A DNA stretch of 64,000 nt from Squalus acanthias (Eukaryota), in contig CM059438.1 of the NCBI GenBank assembly GCA_030390025.1, forward strand, positions 55,244,001 through 55,308,000. Reading direction: 5' to 3'. Both the position numbers and the translations under genes were made by a program. Shown piece by piece: positions 61,800-64,000 of this stretch. Each line of letters starts with the position of its first letter. The stretch's first letter is position 1. The notes beneath the pieces are model-generated. The model did not search any database and was not told the DNA's origin. It saw nothing but the letters and a program-made list of their open reading frames with translations.

Positions 61800-64000
61800 T
61801 TGTTCATTAGTCTAATTATGTGGTACCTTATCGAAGGCCTTTTGAAAATCTAGAAAAATTACATCTACTGCATTATCCTTATCTACTCTCTCTGTTATCT
61901 CTTCAAAGAATTCAGTGAGGTTGGTCAAGCAAGACTTTCCCTTTTGAAATCCATGCTGACTATTCATTATTATATTTTTGGTTTCTAGATGTTTTTCTGT
62001 TTTCTCCTTTAGCAGGCATACCATTATTTTTCCTACCACCGATGTTAAGCTGACTGATCTATAGTTCCCCGGACATACTCTATCTCCCTTCTTAAATATA
62101 GATATTACGTTAGCTATCCGCCAGTCCTCTGGTACTACACCCTTTTCTAATTATTAAATATGTGTAGTAATGCCTCTGCTATCTCTTCCCTAGATTCATT
62201 TAAAATGCGCGGATGTAATCCATCCGGGCCAGGGATTTTATCCTGAGTTTGATTAGTTTATTTAATATATCTCCCCTTTTTTTTAAATGCCGTTATATCA
62301 TTTCTAATCTCATCTTCCGATGTCATGTCCACCTGATCTGTGTCCCTGGTAAACACTAAAGCAAAGTAATTATTTAATATTTCTGCCATTTCGCTATCAC
62401 TGCCTGTGATTTTATTCTGACTGTCCCTTGGCCCTATTCCCATCCTGACTTTGCTTTTTTTATTTATGTGCCTGAAGAATATTTTAATTTTTTTTATGTT
62501 CCTTGATAATTTAATTTCATAGTTCCTTTTTGCCTTCCTAATATTTTTGAATTCTCAGAGTGTCTTCGTATTCTCCCCTGCTGTCCATGTACTTAGTGTA
62601 CGCCTCTTTCCTTATCCTCAACTTTTCCCTTCTGTCTTTATTCATCCATGGTGTCCCATTAATGTTTAGATTGTCCTTGTTTTTTAGCAGAATATATTTT
62701 TCCTGGAACACCATTTTAAATGTTTCCCATTGCTGTTCTACATCATTGTTTGTCAATATTGTCCATTTTATTTTTCCAAGTTCTATTCTCAGCCCCTCAA
62801 AATCGGCTTAACTCCAATCAATTACCCTGGTCTTTGTCATGCATATGTCCTTCTCGATTATTAACTTAATCCGTATTATATTGTGGTCACTATTGTCTAG
62901 ATGTTCCCCATCTTTTACATTTCTTATCTGCTCTGGTTCATTCCCCATTACTAGATCCAGTAGCGAATCCTCCCTTGTTGGGCTTCTTGCATATTGGGTT
63001 AGAAAGGAGTCCTGTACACATTGTAGAAACTCCATTACCTTATCTCCGTTACCTACCTCTTCTGGCCAATTAATTTCAGGGTAGTTGAAATCCCCCATGA
63101 TTGTTCTATTTTTTACTCATTTCCCTAATTTGTTTGCACATTATTTCTTCCTCCACCTCCCTTTCACTATTATGCAGTCTGTAGATGACCACTATTAGTG
63201 TCATAGAGTCGTAACGGCACAGTAGGAGGCCATTCAGCCCATTGAGTCCATGCCGGCTCTCTGTAGAGCAATCCAGTGAGTCCCATTCCCCCGCTCTATC
63301 CCCGTAGTCCTGCAAGTTTATTTCCCTCAAGTGTCTGTCCAGTCTTCCCTTGAAAACATTGAGTGTCTCCGCTTCCACCACTTCCATCGGCAGCGAATTC
63401 CAGATCATCACCACTCGCTGTGTAAAAAAGTTTTTCCTCACATCCCCCCTGTATCTCTTGCCCAAAACCTTAAATCTGTGTCCCCTAGTCCTTGTACCAT
63501 CAACTAGTGGGAACAGCCTTTCCCCGTCTAGCCTATCCAAACCCGTCATAATCTTGTACACCTCTATCAAATCACCCCTCAACCTCCTTTGCTCTAATGA
63601 AAACAAATCCAGCTTCTCCAACCTGTCCTTGTAGCTAAGATCCCCCATCCCCGGAACCATTCTGGTAAATCTCCTCTGCACCCTCAAGGGCCTTCACATC
63701 CTTCCAAAAGTGTGGTGACCAGAACTAGACGCAATACTCCAGTTGTGTATTTGATCATTCTTTTTATCTCTTATCTCTATCCACGTGGATTCTATTTGTC
63801 TTTTTTTCTACTACCATTGTTATCCCTAATAAGTACAGCTACTCCACCTCTCCTTTTTCCCTCGCTATCTTTTCGAAATATGTTTAATTCCCAGTCCTGA
63901 TTTTTCTGTAGCCATGTCTCAGTAATCCCTACTATATCTGGCTCTTCACAACGTATTATTGCCTCCAGTTCCCCTGTTTTATTACGGACATTGTGCATTG
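61800..64000 (-). mobile_element. CR1 LINE ORF2 N-terminal half (endonuclease to early RT), degenerate
   Basis: PDIVGITETWL, MGDFNYPEINW...DSLLDLVMGNEP...SDHNII and SQHGFQKGKSCLTNL...DFQKAFDKVPH occur in several broken frames. Confidence 0.93.
63202..63745 (-). mobile_element. Younger CR1 3' fragment inserted into the older CR1
   Basis: RRFTRMVPGMG...RKNFFTQRVVMIWNSLP plus a tail, interrupting the host endonuclease region. Confidence 0.88.

Noticed and set aside
50626..64000. Intact, active retrotransposon
   Set aside because: All CR1 copies are truncated, with stops, frameshifts or nested insertions.

Overview
Eukaryotic vertebrate DNA, most likely a shark or other cartilaginous fish, judged from its Deu-domain SINE, CR1 LINEs and Penelope-like fragment. 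The left end holds one internal minus-strand exon of the mitochondrial helicase SUPV3L1 (1071-1185), then a G-rich repeat and a 500-N assembly gap. A ~46 kb satellite of a ~24-bp pyrimidine-rich monomer (TATAGCACCGTCTCTGYCTCTCTC) fills 3146-49200 and shows kb-scale higher-order duplications. It is followed by a G-rich ~26-bp minisatellite, CR1 fragments and the terminal coding exon of STOX1 (+). Next come a VNTR-containing CpG-island promoter and the first three coding exons of a DDX21/DDX50-family RNA helicase (+). The third intron of that helicase is a nest of CR1s carrying a Harbinger-like MITE, a hAT-like MITE and a Penelope-like fragment with a decayed hammerhead motif. I cannot support a clearly new biological system. 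The most unusual item is the giant satellite, which appears to lie inside the last STOX1 intron with every monomer resembling a sense-strand 3' splice site. All gene and repeat identifications come from recalled homology, not from database searches.
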